Source: Bryobacteraceae bacterium
Lineage (GTDB): Bacteria; Acidobacteriota; Terriglobia; Bryobacterales; Bryobacteraceae
Length of the DNA stretch: 64,000 nt
Direction of reading: 5' to 3'
Assembly (NCBI GenBank): GCA_035499555.1
Contig: DATJYO010000055.1
Span: 222,757 to 286,756 of the forward strand
Positions 9,996 to 20,200 of this stretch are shown in pieces (the stretch's first letter is position 1; each line of letters begins with the position of its first letter). The notes beneath the pieces were generated by a model. The model had not been told where the DNA came from. It made no database searches and saw only the letters and a program-made list of their open reading frames with translations. The position numbers and the translations under genes were made by a program.

Positions 9996-10832
9996 ATGAC
10001 CGTTGACATCGAAGGCGTCACCCTGCACCTGGCGCATCCCGATGAGTTGCCGGCCCGCTGGGTGGGCCAGGAAGAATTGATGCGCCAATTGCTGGCCGCG
10101 TGGCTGGTGGTGAGCGAACAGGATCTGCCCATGAATCCACGGCTGTTGGGCAAGCCGGGTGTGGGCAAGACCACCCTGGCTTACGCCGCGGCCAAGCGCA
10201 TGGGCCGGGAAGTCTACATCCTGCAGGCCACCATGGATACGCGCCCGGAAGATCTGCTGGTGACGCCCGTGATCGAAGGCGAAGGCCGCCTGCGCTACGT
10301 AGCGTCCCCGCTGGTGACGGCCATGATCCGGGGCGGCATCGCCATCCTGGACGAGGGCAATCGCATGAGCGAGAAAAGCTGGGCGAGCCTGGCGCCGCTG
10401 CTGGATAACCGGCGCTACGTGGAATCCATCGTGGCGGGGATCAAGATCAAGGCGCACGCGCAGTTCCGCCTGGTCACCACCATGAACGACGACGCTTCCA
10501 CGTTCGAATTGCCCGAGTACATTCACTCGCGCCTGCAGCCGCAGATCCTGATCGACTTCCCGGAGCGGGACGAAGAGTATCACATCCTGAAAGAGAACCT
10601 GCCTTTCGCCGAGGAGCGCATCCTTACTTACGTGACCGACTTCCTGCAGCAAGCCCATGCCGCCGACGAGCGGTACACCGTGCGCGACGGGATCAACATC
10701 GGCCGCTTCGCCATCAAGCTGAAGAGCCTGGCCACCCAGAGGACGCACGAAACCGCGGCGCTGGAAACGGCCATCGTGGAGACGCTGGGAGAAGAAGCGC
10801 TGCGCTATGCCCGGGGAAATCGACCTTCCTGA
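9996..10832 (+). CDS. AAA_5 / MoxR-like AAA+ ATPase
   Basis: 278 aa. Walker A is LLGKPGVGKT and Walker B is IAILDEGNR. Overall resemblance is to CbbQ/NorQ/GvpN/MoxR-type single-AAA proteins. Confidence 0.85.
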   Translation: MTVDIEGVTLHLAHPDELPARWVGQEELMRQLLAAWLVVSEQDLPMNPRLLGKPGVGKTTLAYAAAKRMGREVYILQATMDTRPEDLLVTPVIEGEGRLRYVASPLVTAMIRGGIAILDEGNRMSEKSWASLAPLLDNRRYVESIVAGIKIKAHAQFRLVTTMNDDASTFELPEYIHSRLQPQILIDFPERDEEYHILKENLPFAEERILTYVTDFLQQAHAADERYTVRDGINIGRFAIKLKSLATQRTHETAALETAIVETLGEEALRYARGNRPS

Positions 10833-12642
10833 CCTGCCGAACGCCGGCAGTCTGCGGCGCGGCCGTTTCACTTATCTGCCGGTGGTGCCGGGACGCCTGG
10901 AGTTCGCCATCGAGGTGCGGCAGGCCATTCTACGCGAGCGGCCGCAGGTGGTCGCGCTGGAATTGCCGGTCACCTTGCAGCAGCAGTATATGCGCGCGGT
11001 GGCGCGCCTGCCGGAGATGTCCGTCATCGTCTATCCGGATGAGACCGACGAGGACCGCGCCATCTATGTACCGGTCGAGCCGGCGGACCCGTTCGTGGAA
11101 GCCATCCGCACGGCCAACCAGACGGGCGCGGACGTGGTTTTCGCCGATCCGGACTCCGGAGAGCGCCCGCATCTGAAGGATGCGTATCCGGATCCGTACG
11201 CCATCCGCCACATCGGTTTCGACAAATACGTGGAGGCTTACCGCGTTTATCCGCAGGAGCGCTCTGACGAGATCGCGCGGCATGCCGACGGGATCGCCTG
11301 GAAGTTGCAGGGCTGCGATCCGTTGGCGCGGGTGCTGGTGGTGGTCTCTCTCAATCTGCTCGATCCGGTTCTGGATTCGATGGAGGAGCCGCAGGCGCAG
11401 CCCATGTCGCGCTTGCGGCGCGAGGGCGTCCGCGTGTTGAATCCACATCCCGAGTGCCTGGCCGAAATCACAGTTGAGTATCCGTACTTACAATATCGCT
11501 ACGAACAGTTCCGCCACTTACTCACGGACTCTGACCTGATCGATCGCCGCCATGCGCAATTAGCCATGTTTCGCGAGGCCGAGAAGAGTTACGAGGCCAA
11601 CACCGGCGACCATGTGGCGCACTGGCAGCGGCGGCTCCTGGCGCGCTATACCCGTAATCTGGCCCTGGCAGACAGCGCGTTGATGGCCGGCGTCTTCGAT
11701 CTCACGGTGGCCGCGCGCAGCATCGTGGACGATAACTACGGTTGGGAAGTTTGGGAGACGGCGGGCCGCTACCCGCCGCAGAAGACCGCCAGCGACCTGG
11801 AGACCGTCCGCATTTCGGGCGAAGAAGTGTGGCTCGACACCAAGCGCATACGCCTGCGGCGCAGGCTGCCTAGCCTGAAACGCCGCCTGCGCCCGGTCGG
11901 CTTGAAGCCGCGCAAGAAGGAAAAGTTTCCCGGCGAATGGGCCACCCAATTGAATGGCAACAGCATCTGCTCTTATCCGCCGGAAGACCTGGTGATCGAG
12001 GACTACGGCCGTTTTCTGAAGAAGAAAGGCAAGAGCATCCTGTCCGAAGAGCGTTCCCGGGTGGAGCCGTTCACCACGTCGTTGCTCGACGGCATCGACC
12101 TTCGGGAGACGATACGCAACTGGCATCAACGCAAGATCTACGTCCGGCAATTTCAGAAGATCGCTGGAGAAGTGGGGTCGGTAATCGTCATCTTCGATGA
12201 AGATCGGGATGGCCGCTATCCATACATGACGACATGGCTGGGCGAGCATCAGAACGAATCCGACATGGCCTTCTACTCCACGTTTCCGTTTGACAACCTG
12301 GTGGGCCCGGGCATTGGTCGCGGCGAATACGGCGGTTTCCTGATGAGCCTGCCGGCCCGGCGCCTCTACGATGTCTGGCAGGATCCGGACTACGAGTACG
12401 CCGAGTCCAAACCGGAGCGCTTGCTGCTGGCCGGCCTGGATTACTCGCTGGAGCGCTTCGTCGTGTACGTCGCGGCCAGGCCGCCGCGCAGCATCTTCCG
12501 CAGCATCGCCGCGCGCCTGGGCCGGACCATCATCTACATACCGATCGGCCAGCTTTCGCCGCTGGCGCTGAAGAGAATCCGCGTGGTGCACGTGCTGGAT
12601 GGGTACGACAAGCGGGAGATGGCTAAAGATTACGTCTGGTGA
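10807..12642 (+). CDS. Hypothetical 611-aa protein, partner of the MoxR-like ATPase (no VWA/MIDAS motif seen)
   Basis: ATG at 10807 overlaps the ATPase gene by 26 nt. Long ORF with normal amino-acid composition. It contains a basic linker RRRLPSLKRRLRPVGLKPRKKEK. No DxSxS motif found by eye. Confidence 0.75.
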   Translation: MPGEIDLPDLPNAGSLRRGRFTYLPVVPGRLEFAIEVRQAILRERPQVVALELPVTLQQQYMRAVARLPEMSVIVYPDETDEDRAIYVPVEPADPFVEAIRTANQTGADVVFADPDSGERPHLKDAYPDPYAIRHIGFDKYVEAYRVYPQERSDEIARHADGIAWKLQGCDPLARVLVVVSLNLLDPVLDSMEEPQAQPMSRLRREGVRVLNPHPECLAEITVEYPYLQYRYEQFRHLLTDSDLIDRRHAQLAMFREAEKSYEANTGDHVAHWQRRLLARYTRNLALADSALMAGVFDLTVAARSIVDDNYGWEVWETAGRYPPQKTASDLETVRISGEEVWLDTKRIRLRRRLPSLKRRLRPVGLKPRKKEKFPGEWATQLNGNSICSYPPEDLVIEDYGRFLKKKGKSILSEERSRVEPFTTSLLDGIDLRETIRNWHQRKIYVRQFQKIAGEVGSVIVIFDEDRDGRYPYMTTWLGEHQNESDMAFYSTFPFDNLVGPGIGRGEYGGFLMSLPARRLYDVWQDPDYEYAESKPERLLLAGLDYSLERFVVYVAARPPRSIFRSIAARLGRTIIYIPIGQLSPLALKRIRVVHVLDGYDKREMAKDYVW

Positions 12643-12661
12643 GCAATCTCCAGCGGCTGCC

Positions 12662-13900
12662 ATGCGATACACTCCGTTGCAGGAGGTCCTCGTGCAATCG
12701 GATTCCACGCGGCCGCAGCGCCGTGATTTCGTGAAAACGGCAGCGGCCGGCGTGTTGCTGCTTCGCCCGGAAACGGTCTTCGGGTCGCAAGCCAACTCGG
12801 CGGTGGAGGTTGGCCTCATCGGCTGCGGCAATCGCGGCAATTGGATCGCTGACTTCTTTCCGGAGTTCACCGGCGCGCGCATCGTGGCGCTGGCCGATGT
12901 GATTCGCGAGCGGCTGGACTCCACGCAATCCAGGCTCAAGGTCGATGCTTCCCGCGTCTACTACGGGCCGGACGCCTATCGTCAACTCGTCGAATCCAAG
13001 CTCGACGCGGTGGCCATCGAGACGCCGCCGTATTATCATCCCGAACATGCGCGCGCCGCCATCGAAGCGGGCAAGCACGTTTACCTGGCCAAGCCCGTGG
13101 CGGTGGATGTGCCCGGCTGCCGCAGCATTCTGGAAACCGGCAAGCTCGCGCGCGGCAAGCGCAGCTTCCTGGTCGATTTTCAGACGCGCTCCCAGCCGGT
13201 GTTCCAGCAGGCTGCCGCGCGGGTACATCGCGGCGATATCGGCGCGCCAGTCTTCGCGCAGGTCTTCTACTATGCCGGCCGGCCCACGCAAAACAAAGCC
13301 AAACCGGGCATGGACCCCGGCTTAGCGCGCATGCTGAACTTCTACATGGATCGCGTGTTGGGCGGCGACATCATCGTGGAACAGAACATCCACGTGATCG
13401 ATGTAGCCAATTGGCTGTTGGACGGTCACCCCGTAGCGGCGCACGGCGCGGGCGGACGCACCGATTGGTCCGGCACGCCCTTCGACATGGGCGACGCCTA
13501 CGATCATTTCCTGGTCACTTACCAATATCCGAACAACGTGCAGGTGGATTTCAGCTCCAACCAATTGACCAGCAGCTTCAGCGACCTGTGTATTCGCTGC
13601 TTCGGCATCAAAGGCTGCGCCGATACGCATTATGGCGGACTGGTTCGCATCACCGGCGCGAACGCCTGGATAGGCGCCGAAAAGGACGACACCTTCCGCC
13701 AGGGCGCCATCAATAACGTCAAGGCATTTATAGAAAGTATTCACTCCGGAAAGCTGGTAAACAACGCGGAAACGGCGGTGGAAAGCAACCTCACCGCCAT
13801 CCTGGGCCGGAACGCGGCTTACACCAACGGCACCGTTACCTGGGACGAGCTGATGAAGTCCGAGGAGAAGTTCGAGGCCAATCTGACGTTGCGCTGGTGA
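12662..13900 (+). CDS. Gfo/Idh/MocA-family oxidoreductase with twin-arginine leader
   Basis: Internal ATG at 12662 of ORF 12599-13900. Tat-like leader RPQRRDFVKTAAAGVLLL. Rossmann motif VGLIGCGNRGNW and the typical EKP-like core (YLAKPVA). Confidence 0.85.
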   Translation: MRYTPLQEVLVQSDSTRPQRRDFVKTAAAGVLLLRPETVFGSQANSAVEVGLIGCGNRGNWIADFFPEFTGARIVALADVIRERLDSTQSRLKVDASRVYYGPDAYRQLVESKLDAVAIETPPYYHPEHARAAIEAGKHVYLAKPVAVDVPGCRSILETGKLARGKRSFLVDFQTRSQPVFQQAAARVHRGDIGAPVFAQVFYYAGRPTQNKAKPGMDPGLARMLNFYMDRVLGGDIIVEQNIHVIDVANWLLDGHPVAAHGAGGRTDWSGTPFDMGDAYDHFLVTYQYPNNVQVDFSSNQLTSSFSDLCIRCFGIKGCADTHYGGLVRITGANAWIGAEKDDTFRQGAINNVKAFIESIHSGKLVNNAETAVESNLTAILGRNAAYTNGTVTWDELMKSEEKFEANLTLRW

Positions 13901-14884
13901 TTACGCCACACCCGGCTGCTGGCGCGCGAGGTAGTCTCGAATTCCGTCCCTGCCCGCGTACGCCGCCCAATCCAACGCGGTCCCGTTGTACATCTTGTCG
14001 CGCAGGTCCAGGCGCGCGCCGCGCTCCACCAGCAATCGCACCACCTCGCCATGGCCGGCCAGGGCCGCCTGGTGCAGGGGTGTCGAGTGCCCGTGAAAGC
14101 CTGGCGGGTTGTATCGGCTCGGATCCTCACCGGCATCCAGCAACAGCCGCACGATCTCCGCGTAGCCATGCTGTGCGGCCAGCGCAAGCGCCCGATGCCG
14201 CGTCTCGCCATCGGCCTGGGGAAGCCAGTGGGCCAGCTCCGCCAGGCGCCCCAACCCGGCCGCCGCGGCTAGATTGTCCGCATGCGCGCCGCGACGGGCC
14301 AGAGCTTCCGCGGCGTCCCGATGCCCGAAGGCCAGAGCGGTGATGAGGGCGCCCTCGACCTTCGCACCGGAATCCAACAGCACTTCGACCACGGGCACCT
14401 GCACTCCGGCTTCCGCCGGCGGCGTACTGGAGACCAACATCTCCAGCGTCGTGCACCGGCCGCCATACATATCCGCGAGCGCGTTCACATCCGCTCCGCG
14501 CTCGATCAACATCTTTGCCACGGCGGCCGCGTTCGATGGGCTCTTCTGCCGATACTGCTCCACCCCGTTGGCTGCCACGTAATGCAGAAGAGTGGCATGG
14601 TGGCCGCGGAGCGACCGCGCGGCCGGCAGTGCGGGGTCCTCGCGGAGTAAGCGGTCGAGTGCGCCCGCATCGCCGTGGATCACGGCTTCCACCGCCGACT
14701 CGAAGCGGAAAACCGGGGAGCCGGGTTGCCGGACTGCATCGACGTAGCCGGCCAGCGCTTCCCAATTCGCAAAAGCGTACCTCCCGGCGGCAGCGAGCGC
14801 GCCGGCTTCCGCGGCCTCTTTTTCGTAATCCGCCAGCGGCGCGTCGAACGGCAACGCCTCAAACCGGTTCTGGGTTTGGCTCAT
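13901..14884 (-). CDS. Ankyrin-repeat protein
   Basis: 327 aa. Repeated TLLHYVAANG, ...IERGADVNA, TPLHQAALAGHGEVVRLLVERGARLDLRD and LAAQHGYAEIVRLLLDAGEDP, which are canonical ANK repeats. The start overlaps the response-regulator stop by 26 nt. Confidence 0.85.
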   Translation of the reverse strand: MSQTQNRFEALPFDAPLADYEKEAAEAGALAAAGRYAFANWEALAGYVDAVRQPGSPVFRFESAVEAVIHGDAGALDRLLREDPALPAARSLRGHHATLLHYVAANGVEQYRQKSPSNAAAVAKMLIERGADVNALADMYGGRCTTLEMLVSSTPPAEAGVQVPVVEVLLDSGAKVEGALITALAFGHRDAAEALARRGAHADNLAAAAGLGRLAELAHWLPQADGETRHRALALAAQHGYAEIVRLLLDAGEDPSRYNPPGFHGHSTPLHQAALAGHGEVVRLLVERGARLDLRDKMYNGTALDWAAYAGRDGIRDYLARQQPGVA

Positions 14885-15593
14885 GGGTTTGCTTTTCCGC
14901 CACGGGCAGCCGGAACTGATAGCCGATGCAGGGCTCCGTCAGGATGTAGCGAGGCTTGGCCGGCTCGGGTTCGATCTTCTTGCGAAGCTGATTCACGAAG
15001 ACCCGCAGATAGACGACTTCGTTGCCATAGTCGGGCCCCCAAACGGCCTGCAGTAAACGGCGATGCGGCACCGGTGTATTCGGATTGCTGGCCAGATATT
15101 GCAGCAGGTCGAACTCCTTGCGCGTCAGGCGGATCTCCTGCCCCATCGCCACCACCCGCCGGGTGCTGAAGTTGATTTCCAGATCGCCGGTCTGAAGAAC
15201 CTGTGGCGCCGCCTCCGGCGCCAGCGGCGACCGCCGCAGCCCGGCGCGAATCCGGGCCATGAGTTCCTGCATGCTGAACGGCTTGGTGACATAGTCGTCC
15301 GCGCCGGCATCGAGCGCGGTAATCTTGTCCTTCTCCAAATCGTGCACGGACAGAATGATGATCGCCAGATCCCAGCCGGCGCGGATCTGGCGGCAGGCTT
15401 CCAGTCCACCCATGCCGGGCATGGCTATGTCCAGCAGCACCAGGTCGTACCGGCTGCGCCGCAGGATGTCCAGGGCCTCTTCGCCGCTGCGCGCGTCGTA
15501 AACGGCGTAACCCTGGCCGGCCAACATTTTGCGCATCACGCGGCGGATCTGCGGGTCGTCATCGACCACCAGGATTTTCGCGCCCCCGGTCAT
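14859..15593 (-). CDS. OmpR/KdpE-like response regulator
   Basis: ATG at complement 15591-15593 inside ORF 14859-15947 (MTGGAKILVVDDD...). Receiver motifs DLVLLDIAMPGMGG and KPF. Winged-helix output is LTRKEFDLLQYLASNPNTPV...GYQF. Confidence 0.9.
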   Translation of the reverse strand: MTGGAKILVVDDDPQIRRVMRKMLAGQGYAVYDARSGEEALDILRRSRYDLVLLDIAMPGMGGLEACRQIRAGWDLAIIILSVHDLEKDKITALDAGADDYVTKPFSMQELMARIRAGLRRSPLAPEAAPQVLQTGDLEINFSTRRVVAMGQEIRLTRKEFDLLQYLASNPNTPVPHRRLLQAVWGPDYGNEVVYLRVFVNQLRKKIEPEPAKPRYILTEPCIGYQFRLPVAEKQTHEPNPEPV

Positions 15594-17032
15594 GCGTTCA
15601 CCTCCTCGTGCGCCAGCGGCAGGGTGAACAGGAAGGTAGCGCCCGCGCCGGGCTGGCTCTCCACCCAGATATGGCCCGTATGCGCCTCCACAATCTGACG
15701 GGCAATCGGCAATCCCATGCCCATCCCGGTGACATGCCCCCTTCCCTGCTGGCCGCGGTAATACTTCTCGAAAATGCGCCGCTGCTCGTCGGGGGAGATC
15801 CCCGGACCATGATCGCTGACGCTGATGATGACGCCGCCTTCCCCGGCGCGCGCCTGTACGGTGACGGCATCGCCCGGCCGCGAATATTTCAATGCATTCC
15901 CGGTAAGCTGCCGGAGCACAAGCCGAATCAGGCCGGCATCGGCCCACACCGGCGGCAGGTCCGGCGGCAGGTCGATCGCGATCTGGGTGCCGCTTCCAAT
16001 AATCTTCTCCAGCGCCGAATAGACCAGGTCTTCTACCGTGTGCGCCTGCTTGTCCAGATCCACGTGCCCGGCCTCGATGCGCGCCATTTGAATGGCCTCG
16101 GCCATCATGACGGTCAACCGGCCGCTCTCTTCATCCATGATCTCGAGCCATTCCTGCTGATCCCGTGCGGGGGATTCGGCCAGCATCGCGGAGATTCCCG
16201 CCCGGATGGATGTCAGCGGCGTCTGAAACTCGTGGGCCAAGGCGTCCAACATCATGGACTTCAATTCCTGGTGCTTCCGCGCCGCTTCGGCTTGTCCGGC
16301 GGCCTCCTGTTTACGCGCGCGATCCATGGCCAGGGCCACCAGGTTCGCGATGGCCTGCATGGTGGGCGCCGAGATCGAGGTGCCCTGGAAGCCCAGGCTC
16401 CCAATGGTCTCCGCGCCCAGGTTAACCGCCACGAATGCGCCTGCCGCATTTGGCGTGTACACACTACTCGTGCCCGCCGCCTTCGTCAGGCTGGCCTCGG
16501 AGATCGCGGCGCCCTCGCCGGCGCGATGAATCCGCCCTCCGACCCGGTCGAAGAAGGCCACACCCAGACAACCGAAGATCTCCGCGATCCGTTCCGGGAT
16601 GTGTTGGGCCAGGACCGGGGACGTATCTCCAGCCATGAGGCTGCAACTCAGCGCGTACATACGCTCGATCTCGTGCCGCCGGGTGGTGGCCTCCTGGGCA
16701 CGGCCCTTCAGCCTCCGCGAGAGGTCGCTGACCACAAACGAAGTGATCAGAAACGCGCACCAGGCCACCCAGTTTTGCGGATCGTCAATCCCTAACTTGG
16801 GCACGGGGGGATAAAAGAAGTAATCCAGATAAATCATGCTGCAGGCGCTGGCCAGCATGGCCTCGGGCAGGCCCCACAGGGTGGCCGCCGCCAACACGAT
16901 CAAGAGAAACGTGAGCGAGGCGGTGGTGCTATTGGCATGAATAGTGTAGTGATAGAAGAACGCGGCTGTCGTGATGCAGGTTCCGCTGAGGGCGAGGCGC
17001 AGGACGACTCGCACGGGTGTTCTCTGGCGCAT
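15590..17032 (-). CDS. Sensor histidine kinase with DUF4118-like membrane domain (KdpD C-terminal-half-like)
   Basis: N-terminal polytopic segment resembles the KdpD membrane domain. H-box LAHEFQTPLTSI, N-box GNALKYS, G1 DHGPGI, G2 GMGMGLPIA. The stop overlaps the RR start (ATGA). No KdpD N-terminal domain and no kdpFABC nearby. Confidence 0.9.
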   Translation of the reverse strand: MRQRTPVRVVLRLALSGTCITTAAFFYHYTIHANSTTASLTFLLIVLAAATLWGLPEAMLASACSMIYLDYFFYPPVPKLGIDDPQNWVAWCAFLITSFVVSDLSRRLKGRAQEATTRRHEIERMYALSCSLMAGDTSPVLAQHIPERIAEIFGCLGVAFFDRVGGRIHRAGEGAAISEASLTKAAGTSSVYTPNAAGAFVAVNLGAETIGSLGFQGTSISAPTMQAIANLVALAMDRARKQEAAGQAEAARKHQELKSMMLDALAHEFQTPLTSIRAGISAMLAESPARDQQEWLEIMDEESGRLTVMMAEAIQMARIEAGHVDLDKQAHTVEDLVYSALEKIIGSGTQIAIDLPPDLPPVWADAGLIRLVLRQLTGNALKYSRPGDAVTVQARAGEGGVIISVSDHGPGISPDEQRRIFEKYYRGQQGRGHVTGMGMGLPIARQIVEAHTGHIWVESQPGAGATFLFTLPLAHEEVNA

Positions 17033-17107
17033 TCTCGTGCTTCGAACCTATTATAAGGCGCAACGCGGGACCCCTGAGGCGGGGCGCCGTCCAAGGAATG
17101 GAACAGG

Positions 17108-17137
17108 TTGACACAACCGTAATAATCACGTCATACT
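17108..17137 (+). promoter_or_regulatory. Candidate sigma-70-type promoter upstream of the TonB-dependent receptor
   Basis: TTGACA at 17108-17113, an 18-nt spacer, then CATACT at 17132-17137. It lies in the AT-richer divergent region between the kinase and the receptor. Sequence match only. Confidence 0.3.
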
Positions 17138-17219
17138 AGTGGCCTCCACGCACTCCACGACCAGAGTCAACAGGCGGTACTTTTCCTTGCCGCTCGGGAC
17201 GGCATCGAGGGGAGAATTG

Positions 17220-20200
17220 ATGTACGACAAGACCAGGTTTCTCGCGACCTCCATTTGCGCACTGGTGTTTCTAGCCGCTCCATTACTGTATGGACAGGCC
17301 ACCGGCATTATTTCCGGCACCGTCACGGATGCCTCGGGCTCGGCGATCGCCGGCGCGAAGGTAACCATAACCGCGCCGGCCCTCGGTCTCACCCGCAATT
17401 CGAACACGGACGAGTCGGGCCACTACCTGGTTCCACTGCTCCCGGTGGCCTTCTATACCGTGCACGTGGAATTCGCGGGTTTCCAGGCCGGCGAACAGAA
17501 AGACATCCGGCTGCAAGTCGATGAACACCGCGAGGTGGATTTCCGCCTGGCCCCCGCCGCGGTCCAGTCCAGCGTGGAAGTGACTGCCACCGCGGTGGCG
17601 GTGGAAACCACCAATCCCACGCTGGGCCAGGTCATTACGTCCCAGGAGGTGGCCGAACTCCCTCTCAATGGCCGGGACTTCGTGCAATTGGCGACGCTCA
17701 CGCCCGGCACAGTCGCGGAGACCAATCCCAGCAGCTTTTTCAACGGCGGGGCCAGCAGCGAGGTTTCCGCGCGCGGCTCCTTCTCCCTTTCCGTGGGCGG
17801 TTCCCGTGCCAACAGCACCGACTGGCTGTTCGACGGCAACGACAACAATGAGCTCACCGCCGGCGGCATCTCGATCTTACCCTCAATTGACGCGATCCAG
17901 GAGTTCAAAGTACTGACTTATAACTACTCGGCCGAGTACGGCACGCGCGCGGGACCGACGGTCCTGGTGACCACAAAGTCCGGCACGAATGCTTTTCACG
18001 GCTCGTTGTTCGAATTTCTCCGCAACACCGATCTGGACGCGCGCAGCTTTTTCGCTACATCCACCGAGAAGTTCAATCTGAACCAGTTCGGCGGCTCGCT
18101 GGGCGGTCCGATTCAAAAGGACAAGACGTTCTTCTTTGCGGACTATCAGGGCAAACGGCAACGTCACGGAATTCCGTTTACCGGACTGGTTCCGTCGGCC
18201 GCCATGCGTAATGGCGACTTCACTAACGATCCGTTCGGCAACCCGAGTTCGGTGACTCTGTCGAACCCCTATATGACGGGCGCGCCGGATAGTCACTTCC
18301 AGTGCGACCCGTCCGGCAACCCGCTCCCGGTGGCCCCGGACGGCAGCCAGTCCCTCGGCGTGGACTGCAATAAGATTCCCCGCGGCCTGACCAACTCGAC
18401 CGGCCAGCAGATGATCAACCTGTATCCGCTGCCGAACGCCAATAACCCGGCGCTGGGTTATAACTATGTGAACGAGCCGGTCCGCAGGCTGAACGAAGGG
18501 GAGTTCGACGCCCGCCTGGATCACAACTTTTCGCCGAAAGACTCGCTCTTCGCCCGGTTCAGTTACGATCAGGCCGCCTCCTTCGTGCCGGGCGGGTCCC
18601 CGGGATTCGCGGAGGCCAACGCCTTCGGCAGCACGCAAGACATCACCAACCATGGACGCAATGCGGCGCTGTCGGAGACCCACATCTTCTCGCCCAATAC
18701 CGTCAACCAGGTTAACGTCGGCTACAATCGGATCTTCAATTTCATCACTTCCTACGGCAGCGGTTCCTGCGAGGCCAGCAAACTCGGCATCCCGGGCGCC
18801 AACCTGGGAGGCATCAGTTGCGGCCTTACGTCGACTGAGTTAAGCGGCTACTGGTCGCTCGGCGATCGCGGTTATGCGCCGTTCCAGGGAGGCACCAACG
18901 TCTTCTCCATCTCCGACTCCTTCGACATGATCCGCGGCAGTCACGACATCAAGATTGGCGCCCAGGTGCGCGACAACCAGATGAACGTGCTGGCCAGCGG
19001 TTTCCAGGATGGCTTCTGGATCTTCGCCGGCGATTGGGGTGGCGACCCCGCCGCCGGGCTGCTATTGGGCCTTCCGGATTTGGCGATCCACGACCAGACC
19101 TTCAATGGCACCATTACCGGCCGCCGCTGGAAGATGGTTCGTCCCTACGTGCAGGACGATTGGCGCGTAACCAAGGATCTTACCCTGAATTTGGGCTTGG
19201 CCTGGGCGCTGGTGACGCCGATCAGTGAGGCCGCCAATCGCCAGGCCAACTTCGATTTGAGCACTCAGACCTTCCTGGTTTCCGGCCAGGGCGCAAATAA
19301 GTGGGCGGGCGTTCAGTTCGACAAAACCGCCCTGGAGCCCCGCGTGGGTCTCGCCTGGAAGCCGTTCGGCAGTCAGAGAACCGTCGTACGCGGGGGTTAC
19401 GCTATCTTCCACGACTCGTCGTGGAACCAGGGCGCGCAGGGCCTGTGGCAGAATCCGCCTTACTACGCCGAGTCTGACGCCTTTGCCTTTTCGTTTGGCG
19501 TTAACTACTGCCCCTTCTCGACCTCCGCCTGCGCCACCACGTACGGACAGACGCCCTATCCGGCGCTCAGTATCTCGCCCACCGCATTCACGCCCCCCGG
19601 CACCGCCACTGGTTTTCCGCTGTTTAATGCGCCTCCCGATCCCAACTCATTTACGGGCACGATTCAGTCGCAAAACCTGAATTTCAAGCTCGGCCGCGTG
19701 CAGCAATTCAACGCCAATGTGGAGCACCAGTTGCCCGGAGATGTCGTGCTGACCGTAGGATATGCCGGATCGCGCGCATCGCATATCCTGGTGGATGGCA
19801 ATAATCTGAACGTCGGCTCGCCCTCCGCCTGCGGTACTGTCTCTGGATATACCCTGGGCTGCGGTCCGAACGGCCAGGCATTCGGTCCTCCCGCGACTAA
19901 CTTTCTGTACTCGACCGTTTCGAACATCAATGACATCGGCATCGCTCACTATGACTCGCTGCAGATCAAGGCGGAAACGAAGAGCGCCCGCCACGGCCTT
20001 TACGCCCTGATCGGCTATACCTATTCGAGAAACCATGATACCGGTTATACCGATGGGCTGGGCAGCAACTTAGGGGCCACTTACTTCCCCTTGCCCGGGT
20101 GGCAGCAGTTAGATTGGGGCCTGTCGCAAATCAACCTCAATCATGACTTTACCGCGAGCCTGATCTATGACCTGCCTTTTGGCAAAGGCAAGAAGTACGG

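Noticed and set aside
14859-17032. Naming the two-component pair kdpD/kdpE
   Set aside because: The kinase lacks the KdpD N-terminal sensor and Usp domains, and no kdpFABC genes are nearby. Only family-level calls are justified.
17119-17137. Fur-box-like ATAATCA in the receptor promoter region
   Set aside because: Only a 7-mer matches the 19-bp GATAATGATAATCATTATC consensus. There is no dyad symmetry.
17175-17191. Sigma-54-like element GGTAC-N6-TTGC upstream of the TonB receptor
   Set aside because: The GG-to-GC spacing is one nucleotide too long, and the -24 element is GGTAC rather than GGCAC.
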